DNA from: a virus
DNA length: 51,158 nt
IMG/VR virus record: IMGVR_UViG_3300019132_000034
Location: 1-51,158 of that record
Strand: one strand, 5' to 3'
Part shown: piece by piece, positions 1 through 8,656 of the stretch
Layout: each line of letters starts with the position of its first letter
Position numbering within the stretch: position 1 is the first letter of the stretch
Notes under the pieces: generated by a model
Seen by the model: only the letters and a program-made list of their open reading frames with translations
The model's database searches: none
Told to the model about the DNA's origin: nothing
Position numbers and translations under genes: made by a program

Positions 1-99
1 ACCATCGATGAGATTCGTTAAAAACTAATAAGTTTCAGCATATCATATATTAGTAAAGGTTGTGTGACTAGAAGCATCTACCTCCACATGAGGATGAAG
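1..99. repeat. Terminal direct repeat, copy 1 (identical to 51060-51158)
   Basis: Base-by-base identity with the last 99 nt. Nt 1-21 repeat the 3' end and stop codon of the ORF ending at 51080. Confidence 0.95.
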
Positions 100-111
100 G
101 TATATGCTTCC

Positions 112-143
112 AAATAAAAAAGAAAACCGTTAAAAACGGTTTT
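112..143 (-). terminator. Intrinsic terminator downstream of the recombinase gene
   Basis: Stem AAACCGT/ACGGTTT (124-130/136-142) is followed by a T-run on the minus strand. Confidence 0.6.
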
Positions 144-148
144 AATGT

Positions 149-1708
149 TCAGAATTTCGGGTATAATCGAATTGTAAAGTCTTTTGGATCAGTCGACTCG
201 AGGGAACGTCGATAAGTCACCTTTTCAAGCACGGATTTGAGAAGGTGATTTTTCTTTTCCGCATCATCTGTACATAAATAGGTATCAATCACGTATTCTA
301 CTTGTTTGACATAGGAGTGCAGGTCTTTGTTTAGGTTTTCTTTTTCCTTCTTCATTTGTTCTTCAATCGTGTAAATTTCTTGCTGCTTTTCACGAATCCG
401 GTCAGCTATACGCTGCTGGCGACTCATAAATGTATGAATATCATAGACTCCTTGTTCTAGTAAATCGTGAAGATTTTCCTTTTGTTTTTCAAGGCTTTGT
501 AATTCTTTTTGTTTTTCTTTGAGGATTCGCTCCCAATTTTGTGTGAGAGTTCGCTGTTGCTTTTTTTGTTTAGCAGCGATATTTAAGTGTTTTAATAGTT
601 CGCGCATTCCTTCAACCACCGCTTCTTCAACATACTCCATCTTTGCAGACTTTTGTACTTTGTTAGCCCGGCATTCCATCGAGATACAACGGTAATAACA
701 ATGTACCCCATGATTTCGCTTTCTTGCGTAATTCCGTTCCATCGTGTGGCCGCATACTTCACACTTTAATAATCCTGCTAAAGGATTGACAAGGCTTTTA
801 GTTTGATTTTTTGGCGGTCTGTAACGGTTTGACATAATCCGTTGGGCACTTTCAAATATCTCACGTGACACTAGCGGAGCATGAGCATCTTTAGCGACGA
901 TAAGGGCGTTTTTGTCGGTGTATGTACGGGAAGTCTTGCCGTTCCCTTTTTTAAGTACAGACTTACGATAAACAATATCTCCCGCATAGGCTTCTCGCTT
1001 CAGGATCTTCATGACGCCATTATCTGTCCATCTTGACCCTCCAGGAGAAGGGATATTCAGTTGATTCAGATGTTCAGAAATCTCCGCACGTAGTTTTCCT
1101 TGATTGACAAACATATCAAAAATGAGTTGCACAATCCACGCGGTGTTCTCATCGGGGACGAGTTTTAGATTCTTATCTTTTTTATACCCATAGGGTGGTT
1201 TTGTCCCAATAAATTTGCCTTCTCGAGCACTTTGGTTCCGACCCCGAATCAGTCTCTTATTGATTTGTTTTAACTCTTCTCGAGCAATCAAAGATTTGAT
1301 GCTGAACGTTAATTCTTGTGACTCGTCAGATGGATCAATGACTTCTAAAGGGGTAATGATGAGAGTCTCGGTGTATTTTAAAATACGGTAAATCGTTCCC
1401 TGATCAGCCATGTCTCCACGACCTAAACGATCCAAATCCATTACCAATACCGCATCAACCGGCTGATGCTGTAAATCTCGCAACATTTCTTGCATTTTGG
1501 GGCGCTGATCCAAGTACTCACCAGACACCACTTCTTCATAGACTCCGATAATCGTATGTTTTTCATCTTTGGCAAGGTTGAATAGTTGTTTCCGGTGCCG
1601 CTCTAATGTGTCAAAAGTCCTACCTTGTGTCGCTGCTTTTTGTTCTTCTTCAATATCACGTCGGCTTTTTCGAAGATAGATAAATACGTTTAATCCCTGT
1701 GGTCTCAT
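149..1708 (-). CDS. Large serine recombinase (phage integrase)
   Basis: The 519-aa ORF has an N-terminal resolvase-type catalytic region (IYLRKSRRD...VMDLDRLGR) and a recombinase domain. It also has a Cys-rich zinc ribbon (CEVCGH...CYYRC) and a long coiled-coil C-terminus. Confidence 0.9.
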   Translation of the reverse strand: MRPQGLNVFIYLRKSRRDIEEEQKAATQGRTFDTLERHRKQLFNLAKDEKHTIIGVYEEVVSGEYLDQRPKMQEMLRDLQHQPVDAVLVMDLDRLGRGDMADQGTIYRILKYTETLIITPLEVIDPSDESQELTFSIKSLIAREELKQINKRLIRGRNQSAREGKFIGTKPPYGYKKDKNLKLVPDENTAWIVQLIFDMFVNQGKLRAEISEHLNQLNIPSPGGSRWTDNGVMKILKREAYAGDIVYRKSVLKKGNGKTSRTYTDKNALIVAKDAHAPLVSREIFESAQRIMSNRYRPPKNQTKSLVNPLAGLLKCEVCGHTMERNYARKRNHGVHCYYRCISMECRANKVQKSAKMEYVEEAVVEGMRELLKHLNIAAKQKKQQRTLTQNWERILKEKQKELQSLEKQKENLHDLLEQGVYDIHTFMSRQQRIADRIREKQQEIYTIEEQMKKEKENLNKDLHSYVKQVEYVIDTYLCTDDAEKKNHLLKSVLEKVTYRRSLESTDPKDFTIRLYPKF

Positions 1709-1772
1709 GGTTTCACCTCACTATACAAAATTGTAAAGTGTGAGTGGAGGATAAACAATAAAAAGAGGTTAA

Positions 1773-1898
1773 TTAAATAACCTCTTTTAACGTAGTAGCT
1801 CCTTTGAGAACATAGGATGGTCCTGTTCCAACAATAATGATATCCCCGAGTATCAGACGAACACCCTTTTCGAACTTATCGGAATAGATAACCTGCAT
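1773..1898 (-). CDS. Hypothetical 41-aa protein between repressor and integrase
   Basis: ATG is preceded by GAGGGGGA at good spacing. The ORF is too short to appear in the ORF track. Confidence 0.35.
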   Translation of the reverse strand: MQVIYSDKFEKGVRLILGDIIIVGTGPSYVLKGATTLKEVI

Positions 1899-2044
1899 AA
1901 GAACTTCCCCCTCATTCTCGAAAAAACGAACATATGTTTCTGTTTTTTTATACTGTTATTATATAACTATTTTACTATGTATTTCTAGAGGGAGGTGAAA
2001 AGCAGGGTGCGGTAGATTTCGATATTTTTCAACAAATTTTGACA

Positions 2045-2392
2045 CTATAATTTATTCCTTAATTCAGTAATTGCCTCTATATATTTTCTAATTTTATCTG
2101 GGGTCAATTCTTTCTCCTTCATTTCTTTGGCGAAAAATATCCACTCAACACCTATCTCCTTTAATTCAGATGGAACAGGTTGTGATTCCCCGAATAAATC
2201 AGCTAAGGTCGCGCCGTATAATTCCACCAATTGCTTTAACACTTTGATAGATGGGAGACTGCCTTTTTCAATTTTGCTAATATAACTGTAATCCATTCCT
2301 AAACTTTCGCCAACAAAGCGCATAGTATACCCTTTCTTTTCGCGTAACTCCTTCAATTTTTCGCCTATTTCTTTTTCGAAATCCTTTGGCAA
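2045..2392 (-). CDS. XRE-family HTH repressor (CI-like)
   Basis: The 115-aa ORF has an N-terminal HTH_3 motif (LKELREKKGYTMRFVGESLGMDYSYISKIEKG). It diverges from a Cro-like gene and lies next to the integrase. Confidence 0.8.
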   Translation of the reverse strand: MPKDFEKEIGEKLKELREKKGYTMRFVGESLGMDYSYISKIEKGSLPSIKVLKQLVELYGATLADLFGESQPVPSELKEIGVEWIFFAKEMKEKELTPDKIRKYIEAITELRNKL

Positions 2393-2546
2393 TCAATTCA
2401 CCCCCGATCCTTTCTTCATATTACACTTTTATAATTTACTAAAAGATATTACAAATTGTATTATACAGGGTTAGTGGAATAAGATTCAAAAGGAAATTAA
2501 GGAAATATGATAATACATATTTACGAAAAAAAATCAAAAAATAATG

Positions 2547-2576
2547 TTGACCAATAATCAACAAATGTGATAAGAT
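2547..2576 (+). promoter_or_regulatory. Putative early rightward promoter
   Basis: TTGACC (2547-2552), an 18-nt spacer, and a TG-extended TAAGAT (2568-2576), upstream of the cro-like gene. Confidence 0.5.
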
Positions 2577-2612
2577 GCAATTGAGGTTGAAGTTGAAAAA
2601 AAATCAACAAAT
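2556..2612. promoter_or_regulatory. Putative operator repeats AATCAACAAAT (2 copies)
   Basis: Identical 11-mers lie at 2556-2566 and 2602-2612 in the divergent repressor/cro intergenic region. One overlaps the promoter spacer. Confidence 0.4.
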
Positions 2613-2634
2613 ACAAATGAAAGGAGATGATTAG

Positions 2635-2817
2635 ATGGATGGAAAACTGCGTCAATTCCGTGAGAAAAAGCAGATATCTCAAGCGGAATTGGCTAGGCGG
2701 CTTGGTGTTGACCGATCGACCATTAATAAGATTGAAAATGGAAAAACCAAACCAAGTATCGCGTTATTGGAGCGAATTGCTGCGGAACTCGATGTGTCAA
2801 TCCGAGATTTTTTTTAA
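2635..2817 (+). CDS. XRE-family HTH protein (Cro-like)
   Basis: The 60-aa ORF carries the motif QISQAELARRLGVDRSTINKIENG. RBS AAAGGAG lies upstream. Confidence 0.85.
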   Translation: MDGKLRQFREKKQISQAELARRLGVDRSTINKIENGKTKPSIALLERIAAELDVSIRDFF

Positions 2818-2915
2818 CGAATTGTTGAAATATAGTCAATGAATACAATTCAACAAAACCAAGAGGGTTGTCATGAGTTGTCCCTTGTATATGTTGTACA
2901 AAGGGGGGGAGTGCT

Positions 2916-3095
2916 GTGAATCAAGAAATTCCATCTAAGACCATTTATCACGGCAAAACAAAAATCATCATTCATTCTCATCTAATGGGAATGACGGATG
3001 AAGAGCAAAAACAGTGGTTTGAAGAGCAGTGGGAAAAAGGAAATCCCATTATCCATGAAATTGTAGATGCAGCATGGAGGTGTCTAGAAGATTAA
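2916..3095 (+). CDS. Hypothetical protein (59 aa)
   Basis: GTG start follows GGGGGGGA. The ORF fills the gap in the early operon. Confidence 0.45.
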   Translation: MNQEIPSKTIYHGKTKIIIHSHLMGMTDEEQKQWFEEQWEKGNPIIHEIVDAAWRCLED

Positions 3096-3112
3096 AGAAG
3101 TGAGGTGGGAAC

Positions 3113-3319
3113 TTGGAAAACCTAATCCGTTTCCGTATCGACCTTGTCAAAAATCGAATACAAGGTCTTGAAAAAGAGTGTCGATCAGCTACATGTCCAG
3201 AACACAAGGCATTTATTCGAGGTAGGTTGATCGGTGCAAAATCCGAACTCAATACCCTCGAAGATATGCTTAGGGGTTGGGAAGAAGTTCAAAAATTTGG
3301 GGAAGCAATTCCATATTAA
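3113..3319 (+). CDS. Hypothetical protein
   Basis: A 68-aa ORF with a TTG start after GAGGTGGGA, in the early operon. Confidence 0.5.
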   Translation: MENLIRFRIDLVKNRIQGLEKECRSATCPEHKAFIRGRLIGAKSELNTLEDMLRGWEEVQKFGEAIPY

Positions 3320-3334
3320 AAAGGAGGAGATCGC

Positions 3335-3814
3335 ATGAAACTTTATGAGTTAGCCCAAAATTACGCCTACTTGATGGAAACGGCAGAGGAAATGGAATCA
3401 GATGCATTGGTTGATACGCTGGAATCTTTACAGGATGAAATCGAGGAAAAAGCGGAGAATATCGCTAAGTTTATTCGGAATCTTGAAGCCGATGCCAAAA
3501 TTATCAAAGAAGAAGAACAACGTCTAGCAGATCGCAGACGCTCTATTGAAAACAAAGTCATCCGGTTAAAGGAATACTTACAAGAACAATTGGAGGTGGC
3601 TGGATTGCAAAAAGTGAAGCGGCCAACTATCACGGTTGCAATCCAGAACAATCCACCTAGCGTAGAAATCGCCGATGAAAATTTAATTCCATCAGAGTTT
3701 ATGATACCACAAGCACCAAAAATTGATAAGAAGGCAATCCTGGAACGATTGAAAAATGGTGAGGAAATCAGTGGTTGTGTACTGAAACAAACGAAGGGGG
3801 TACGGATACGATGA
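3335..3814 (+). CDS. Siphovirus Gp157-family protein
   Basis: The N-terminus MKLYELAQNYAYLMETAEE, an acidic coiled coil, and the position just upstream of the ERF gene are all typical of Gp157. Confidence 0.7.
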   Translation: MKLYELAQNYAYLMETAEEMESDALVDTLESLQDEIEEKAENIAKFIRNLEADAKIIKEEEQRLADRRRSIENKVIRLKEYLQEQLEVAGLQKVKRPTITVAIQNNPPSVEIADENLIPSEFMIPQAPKIDKKAILERLKNGEEISGCVLKQTKGVRIR

Positions 3815-4404
3815 AACGTTCGGAAAGTATTGCTAATATCGCAGCGGCCCTTTGTAAATTCCAGGCGGAATGTCCGGCACCAAAGAAAACTGCAGAAAAC
3901 CCGCATTTCAAAAGTAAATATTCACCGCTTGAAGAAATCATCAGCACGATCAAACCACACCTTTCAAAAAATGGACTCTCTTTCTTCCAATCCACGACCA
4001 CCGAGGGAGACAACATTTGCGTGACCACGCTTGTTCTTCACTCTAGCGGTGAGTATATCGAATCCGAACCGTTGAAACTCCCAATGGGGAAAATTACCGC
4101 ACAGGGCGCAGGAAGTGCGGTCACATATGCAAGACGTTATAGCTTATGTGCGGCGTTAGGGATAGCGGCAGAAGAAGATGATGATGGAAATGCCGCCACT
4201 GAGCAACCAAAAGCAAGTGACAAACAACTCAATTACATTGATTCTCTTCTCAGTAAAAAGGTGTCGGAAAAATTCACAAAAGAAGCATTGTATCAACATC
4301 TTAAACAACAACTCGGCACAGACAAAGAAATAGAGCATTGGACCGCAACCGAAGCGAGTCGAGCGATTGAAATTCTGACAGGGAGACAAAAGCAAGGGGC
4401 GTAA
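3811..4404 (+). CDS. ERF-family single-strand annealing recombinase
   Basis: Motifs IAAALCKFQAE...NPHFKSKYSPLEEI...GAGSAVTYARRYSL. The start is taken at the internal ATG that overlaps the upstream stop codon. Confidence 0.8.
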   Translation: MKRSESIANIAAALCKFQAECPAPKKTAENPHFKSKYSPLEEIISTIKPHLSKNGLSFFQSTTTEGDNICVTTLVLHSSGEYIESEPLKLPMGKITAQGAGSAVTYARRYSLCAALGIAAEEDDDGNAATEQPKASDKQLNYIDSLLSKKVSEKFTKEALYQHLKQQLGTDKEIEHWTATEASRAIEILTGRQKQGA

Positions 4405-4432
4405 TGCTCCTTGCGTTATAGGAGTGAGGGAA

Positions 4433-4549
4433 ATGGAGAAGAAATCGATGGATGAATTAATTGAGGAACTTGGTTGGTGGTGGTTTCCTTACTTGATTTT
4501 CGGCCTTATATTCGTGTTCCCAATGATAATTGCGGGGTGGATGGAATGA
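4433..4549 (+). CDS. Small membrane protein (38 aa)
   Basis: One hydrophobic helix (WWWFPYLIFGLIFVFPMIIAGW). An ATGA overlap joins it to the next ORF. Confidence 0.4.
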   Translation: MEKKSMDELIEELGWWWFPYLIFGLIFVFPMIIAGWME

Positions 4550-4761
4550 TGGTGGTACTCAAGCGGTATCGGTTGAAAGAAATTGTACGAGCGGTGCAGG
4601 AACACGAAAAGAAAGGGTTTGAATGTATCACTCCTATTCGGAAAGTGTATGACCGAAAAAAGGTGTGGAACTACAACCGAAGCAACAATGATTTTCTAGA
4701 CTTTGGCGGTGTACAGGAACGTGAATTTTATTTCGTGAGAATGAGGAAGGTGGCGGAGTGA
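4546..4761 (+). CDS. Hypothetical protein
   Basis: In frame with track ORF 4474-4761. The ATG at 4546 forms an ATGA overlap with the upstream ORF. Confidence 0.5.
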   Translation: MMVVLKRYRLKEIVRAVQEHEKKGFECITPIRKVYDRKKVWNYNRSNNDFLDFGGVQEREFYFVRMRKVAE

Positions 4762-4871
4762 TTATCTTCTACTGCCCGACATGTGGTTGGGAAGAATGGG
4801 GAATCAAACCGATTATCAAAATTTGCTGCGGTTGCTATGTAGAACATAAGGAAGAGGAGGGAGAGAAATGA
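4758..4871 (+). CDS. Small Cys-rich protein (37 aa)
   Basis: CPTCG...CCGC motif. Start and stop overlap with both neighbouring ORFs. Confidence 0.4.
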   Translation: MIIFYCPTCGWEEWGIKPIIKICCGCYVEHKEEEGEK

Positions 4872-5062
4872 AATGCCCAAACTGCAACGGGAAAACGTGC
4901 GTCAAAAATTCTCGCACCTTTGGCAAATTAGTCACACGCCAACGTACCTGCCTAAGTTGCGGCACACGATTTGTCACACACGAAGAATTTTCTCACTTTT
5001 GTGAAAGAGAACGGTATCCGTTTGATGAAGAAATGTTTGAACAGTATTTCATGCGTATGTAA
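4868..5062 (+). CDS. Zinc-ribbon protein (NrdR-N-terminus-like)
   Basis: CPNCNG...CLSCGTRF four-Cys ribbon. Confidence 0.5.
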   Translation: MKCPNCNGKTCVKNSRTFGKLVTRQRTCLSCGTRFVTHEEFSHFCERERYPFDEEMFEQYFMRM

Positions 5063-5079
5063 GGGAAGGAGAACGCGGT

Positions 5080-5760
5080 ATGAAACAAGTGCTCGATAAA
5101 GGTTATGTTCGTTTAGTTGATGTGATGGGGTCAGACTTGACGGTGGTAAATTCCGCAAGGGTTAGCTACAACAAGGCAAAAACGGAACTAGACGAAAAGG
5201 ATATTCGACTTATCAAATTTTTGGCTCGTGAAGGGCATACCAGTCCGTTTCGACACGCAACTTTACAGTTCGAAATTTATGCACCGTTAATGGTCGCTCG
5301 CCAATGGTGGAAATACGTAGTGGGTAGCGATCATGTAATGGATGCGTGGAATGAATCATCCAGACGCTATATTACAGAAGAACCGGCGTTTTATATTCCG
5401 AAAGCAGATCAATGGAGAAGCGCGCCACAAAACTCCAAACAAGGAAGCGGTGAACCGCTTTCTAGTATGATAGGTGAATGGTTTAATCAAGAACTTGAAA
5501 AGCACATTCAAACTGGCCAGAAGCTATATGAAGAAGCGTTGAAAATAGGGATTGCAGCGGAACAAGCCCGCCTATTCTTACCGGCCTACGGCATGTATGT
5601 CAGATGGTATTGGACAGCTTCCTTACAAAGCGTGGCACATTTTCTAAATCAGCGGTTGGAACACGATGCTCAAAAGGAAATTCAGGAGTATGCCATAGCG
5701 GTGTATGAGTTAGCTATTGAGAAGTTCCCTGTTTCGTTAGGGGAGTTGTTAAGACTTTAA
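5080..5760 (+). CDS. thyX: FAD-dependent thymidylate synthase ThyX
   Basis: The ORF begins with GYVRLVD and shows FRHATLQFEIYAPLMVARQW plus the SSRRY ThyX signature. Its length is 226 aa. Confidence 0.9.
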   Translation: MKQVLDKGYVRLVDVMGSDLTVVNSARVSYNKAKTELDEKDIRLIKFLAREGHTSPFRHATLQFEIYAPLMVARQWWKYVVGSDHVMDAWNESSRRYITEEPAFYIPKADQWRSAPQNSKQGSGEPLSSMIGEWFNQELEKHIQTGQKLYEEALKIGIAAEQARLFLPAYGMYVRWYWTASLQSVAHFLNQRLEHDAQKEIQEYAIAVYELAIEKFPVSLGELLRL

Positions 5761-5798
5761 AAGAGAAGAGCAATTCGTTTAAAAGGGGGAAATATTGA

Positions 5799-6506
5799 AT
5801 GAGTCAGTTACCACAAGTTTTCACTTATGGTGAAACACAGGTCAGAACCGTTGTTCAAGATGGGGAAGTCTGGTTTGTTGCGAAAGATGTGTGTGATGTT
5901 CTTGAGATAACGAATCCGACGATGGCACTTCAAAGATTAGATGAAGATGAACGGTCTAAATTCAATTTAGGTCGTCAAGGTGAAACCAATGTTGTGAACG
6001 AAGCTGGTCTTTACAGTTTGATTTTAGGCAGCAGAAAACCGGAAGCCAAACAATTCAAGCGATGGGTGACGCATGAGGTATTACCTTCCATTCGTAAACA
6101 TGGCGCATACATGACCGATGAAGTGTTAGAGCGTTCCATTCAAGACCCGGATTATATGATTGGTCTTTTAACCGCGCTAAAACAGGAGAGACAAAAGTGG
6201 TTAGAAGCAGAAAAAACGGTCAATATTCTCATGCATGTCAACAAGACCTATACCGCTACTGAGATCGCTAAAGAATTAGGATTCAAATCCGCTCAACAAC
6301 TCAACAAAGACTTAGAGAAGCGCAAAATTCAATATAATCAAAACGGTACATGGGTGTTATTCAGCAAATATGCAGATAAAGGATATGTAGAGATTAAGCA
6401 AGAGGTGCTGGATAACGGAAAAGTAATTTATCATCGCAGATTCACACAGAGCGGTCGAGAGTTTTTGCTCAAACTGTATGGGGTCCAGGAAAGCGAGACC
6501 GCATAA
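5799..6506 (+). CDS. Phage antirepressor (Bro-N plus KilAC domains)
   Basis: N-terminal VRTVVQDGEVWFVAKDVCDVLEI (Bro-N) and a C-terminal ANT/KilAC-like region (TATEIAKELGFKS...YADKGY). Confidence 0.8.
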   Translation: MSQLPQVFTYGETQVRTVVQDGEVWFVAKDVCDVLEITNPTMALQRLDEDERSKFNLGRQGETNVVNEAGLYSLILGSRKPEAKQFKRWVTHEVLPSIRKHGAYMTDEVLERSIQDPDYMIGLLTALKQERQKWLEAEKTVNILMHVNKTYTATEIAKELGFKSAQQLNKDLEKRKIQYNQNGTWVLFSKYADKGYVEIKQEVLDNGKVIYHRRFTQSGREFLLKLYGVQESETA

Positions 6507-6591
6507 AAAAGCCTGATGCGCCAACATCGGACCAAATATAAATAAAAAATGAGTCGTGTTAATTATAACACAGATAGAGAGGGTGAAAACA

Positions 6592-7401
6592 ATGGCTAAC
6601 TACCGTCATGTACACACATCTTTTTGGCAGGATGCTAAGGTACTTGAAGAGATGACGCCGGAAGATAAATATTTTTACCTTTATCTCTTAACGAATCCGA
6701 ACACTACACAAATCGGTGTGTACCAGATTACCAAAAAACAAATGGCTTTTGATTTAGGTTACTCGGTTGAATCGGTCAATAGTCTAATGCAGCGGTTTGA
6801 AACGGTTCACAATTTGATTCGATATAATCCAGAAACCAGAGAAATCGCTCTTCTGAATTGGGGGAAATACAATCTTAATAAGGCCGGAAAACCTGTTCTG
6901 GATTGCATCAATAAAGAGTTACAGGGTGTTAAGGATATATCGCTGCTTAAATTGATTGCTGAAAAAATTCCAAACGAAGAAGTACTCAAGTTATTTTCAC
7001 GATACGTTGACGACACGTATAACGACACGTTAGACGATACGTCAACGACACGTACCACGCCAAGTGGGGAAAAAGAAAAACAAAAAGAAAAAGAAAAACA
7101 AAAAGAAAAAGATAATATACCTTTTGTCGACGTGGTCGACTATCTCAATTCCAAGGCTAATACCAATTATCGGCATACATCTAAAAAGACACAACAACTC
7201 ATTAAAGCACGCTGGAACGAAGGTTTTCGTCTTGATGATTTTAAAACAGTGATAGATAAAAAAGTCACTGAATGGCTCAATGATCCGAAAATGAATAAAT
7301 ATTTACGGCCGGAAACCTTGTTTGGTACGAAGTTTGAATCCTATCTCAACCAAAAAGGCGGTGCGAATCATGCAAGCAGTCCGTACTCTGATCTCTTCTA
7401 G
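6592..7401 (+). CDS. Replisome organiser (DnaD-like)
   Basis: The N-terminal FWQD...YFYLYLLT and the C-terminal IPFVDVVDYLNSKANTNYRH...FESYLNQ are typical of phage replisome organisers. Start is at ATG 6592. Confidence 0.75.
   Translation: MANYRHVHTSFWQDAKVLEEMTPEDKYFYLYLLTNPNTTQIGVYQITKKQMAFDLGYSVESVNSLMQRFETVHNLIRYNPETREIALLNWGKYNLNKAGKPVLDCINKELQGVKDISLLKLIAEKIPNEEVLKLFSRYVDDTYNDTLDDTSTTRTTPSGEKEKQKEKEKQKEKDNIPFVDVVDYLNSKANTNYRHTSKKTQQLIKARWNEGFRLDDFKTVIDKKVTEWLNDPKMNKYLRPETLFGTKFESYLNQKGGANHASSPYSDLF
6999..7053. repeat. Five phased iterons ACGAYACGT (candidate ori)
   Basis: Copies start at 6999, 7010, 7022, 7034 and 7045, a spacing of 11-12 nt. All lie inside the organiser gene. Confidence 0.6.
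7064..7110. repeat. A-rich tandem repeat (GAAAAAGAAAAACAAAAA, 2 copies) next to the iterons
   Basis: Direct reading. The repeat encodes an EKEKQK repeat and forms an AT-rich tract. Confidence 0.6.
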
Positions 7402-8182
7402 GTTACAGATCGTTGGGACACGGGTTTGTGAAGGTTGTGGGAGTGAGGTCAACATCATCAAAACGGTATTCAGCGGTGAGGAACGGGAAATTAGTTATTG
7501 CTTGCGGTGCGAGGATAAAAAGATTCAAAAGGAGTGCAGTGATTACTACCAAGCGAGAGAGAAGCGCAAAGCGGAAATGATTTTTGAACGGTTTAGCTTT
7601 ATTTCTGATGATTTGAAGTACGCAAACTTTAGTAATTACATTCCCGATCATCCAAGCAAAGAGGAAGCTAAAAAGAAAGCGCAATGGTATGCAGAGAATT
7701 TCCCTCACATCTTGAACAGAGAATGGGATTGGCAGTCACTTCTCTTTCAAGGTAGCTACGGTTTAGGAAAATCTCACTTAGCATACAGCATTGCGCAGTA
7801 TGTAAAAAAACTCGGTTACGTTGTGATATTCCTAGATTCACCAAGTTTGCTGCGGGTTATACGCGAAAGTTACGACAAAGACAGTAAGTTTACGGAATCG
7901 GAAATCTTAGAAGCGTGTTACAATTCCGACTTATTGATATTAGATGACATAGGTGCAGAATATGTGAAAAGTGAAAACGGCTCCGAAAGTTGGGCGACTG
8001 ATAAATTGTTCCAAGTCATCTATTCGCGAATGGGAAAACCTACGATTTACACTACGAATTATACGGCGGATGAATTGGTGAAAAAATACGGTCAACATGG
8101 AGGTCGCATTGTTTCGCGGATGATGAAAGGAACAAAGGTTGTGAAGTTTGACGGGAAAGATTATCGCTTAAAAGGATTCTAA
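7370..8182 (+). CDS. DnaC/IstB-like AAA+ helicase loader
   Basis: Walker A (GSYGLGKSHL), Walker B (LLILDDIG) and an N-terminal Cys cluster. It follows the organiser gene. Confidence 0.8.
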   Translation: MQAVRTLISSRLQIVGTRVCEGCGSEVNIIKTVFSGEEREISYCLRCEDKKIQKECSDYYQAREKRKAEMIFERFSFISDDLKYANFSNYIPDHPSKEEAKKKAQWYAENFPHILNREWDWQSLLFQGSYGLGKSHLAYSIAQYVKKLGYVVIFLDSPSLLRVIRESYDKDSKFTESEILEACYNSDLLILDDIGAEYVKSENGSESWATDKLFQVIYSRMGKPTIYTTNYTADELVKKYGQHGGRIVSRMMKGTKVVKFDGKDYRLKGF

Positions 8183-8202
8183 CACGAAAGTAGGTGGCGT
8201 AG

Positions 8203-8376
8203 ATGTGCATGAAATGTAACGATACCGGTCGGGTATATACCGAAGTCATGAGGGGAGTGTATTCCTTCTCCCCTTGTACCTGCCATCATACTATGCAAGC
8301 AAGACAAGATTTAGAACAAGAACTTGCGGAAGTTCGAAAAAGGCTGGCGATGTTACGTGCTCAACAAACAGATTAA
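8203..8376 (+). CDS. Small Cys-rich protein (57 aa)
   Basis: CMKCNDTG...CTCHH motif, with RBS AGGTGG upstream. Confidence 0.45.
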   Translation: MCMKCNDTGRVYTEVMRGVYSFSPCTCHHTMQARQDLEQELAEVRKRLAMLRAQQTD

Positions 8377-8386
8377 TTTACTCAAT

Positions 8387-8611
8387 GTGGGACAATGGTT
8401 AACCTATATTGCGCTTGAAGATATGAATTTTCTTTGGTCGCATAACCAAGTCCGCGAATTTGATGAACTATGGAAGAGAGGGTATTCCATTCGTTATATA
8501 GCGGAATATTTTCACCGAAAACCGATAGAAGTTTTGCTTCTTGCGTTAGACCGAGCGGAAAAAGGGAAGATCGAGGAACGGAAAAACGGAATTTGGGGAG
8601 AAATAGACTGA
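8387..8611 (+). CDS. Hypothetical protein (start ambiguous: 8324, 8387 or 8423)
   Basis: Part of track ORF 8324-8611. An early start would overlap the preceding small ORF. Confidence 0.4.
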   Translation: MGQWLTYIALEDMNFLWSHNQVREFDELWKRGYSIRYIAEYFHRKPIEVLLLALDRAEKGKIEERKNGIWGEID

Positions 8612-8656
8612 GGTTTGTAGTAGACATATATAGCGTAACAAAGGAAGGGGATAGTC

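Noticed and set aside
3367-3906. Long antisense ORFs opposite well-supported genes: 3367-3906, 8512-8925, 14133-14531, 22713-23174, 25407-26105, 33545-34114 and 40518-40955, all on the minus strand
   Set aside because: They are shadow ORFs. They lie opposite genes with clear homology-type motifs, have low-complexity or odd composition, lack an RBS, and break the operon logic.
7064-7252. 62-aa poly-Lys ORF (MGKKKNKKKKKNKKKK...)
   Set aside because: It is an alternative frame of the A-rich repeat inside the replisome-organiser gene and is not an independent gene.
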